Positions 63,918 to 64,000 of a stretch of DNA of 64,000 bases are shown one piece after another. Made by a program: the position numbers and the translations under genes. The stretch is from positions 17,980,001 to 18,044,000 of the forward strand of contig OZ024757.1 in NCBI GenBank assembly GCA_964016885.1. Direction: 5' to 3'. The notes under the pieces are model-generated. The model worked only from the letters and a program-made list of their open reading frames with translations, did not search any database and had not been told where the DNA came from. The DNA is from Eledone cirrhosa. Its lineage: Eukaryota. Numbering within the stretch: the first letter of the stretch is position 1; each line of letters starts with the position of its first letter.

Positions 63918-64000
63918 CATACATAAATATGTTTATATATATGTACATACATATATATAGATATATACACATACATACATAAATATTTTGATATATATGT

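Overview
Eukaryotic (animal) repeat-dominated DNA; no host protein-coding gene can be supported, and nearly all listed ORFs are microsatellite translation artefacts. The repeat content (kb-long (TA)n/(GT)n/(GA)n, tRNA-head SINEs, RTE LINE, Penelope-like elements) suggests a mollusc, probably an octopus (inference). Real coding remnants are a 5'-truncated Penelope-like element (Cys-rich linker + GIY-YIG endonuclease, 22.7-24.1 kb, +) and a near full-length but disrupted RTE-type LINE (APE + RT, 25.5-28.8 kb, -). Also present are a non-autonomous Helitron, a mariner-type MITE, two tRNA-SINE families, a ~610-bp non-coding RTE derivative and several minisatellites. The most notable signal is non-coding: about a dozen type I hammerhead ribozyme motifs from several sequence families sit in short elements inserted in (TA)n. 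Several form asymmetric fold-back palindromes; two families fold back at the hammerhead stem II loop, and the short arm tends to end at an internal TAT/ATA fused to the (TA)n target. One such unit is tandemly triplicated at 62.4-63.0 kb. Coordinates and folds were read by eye.
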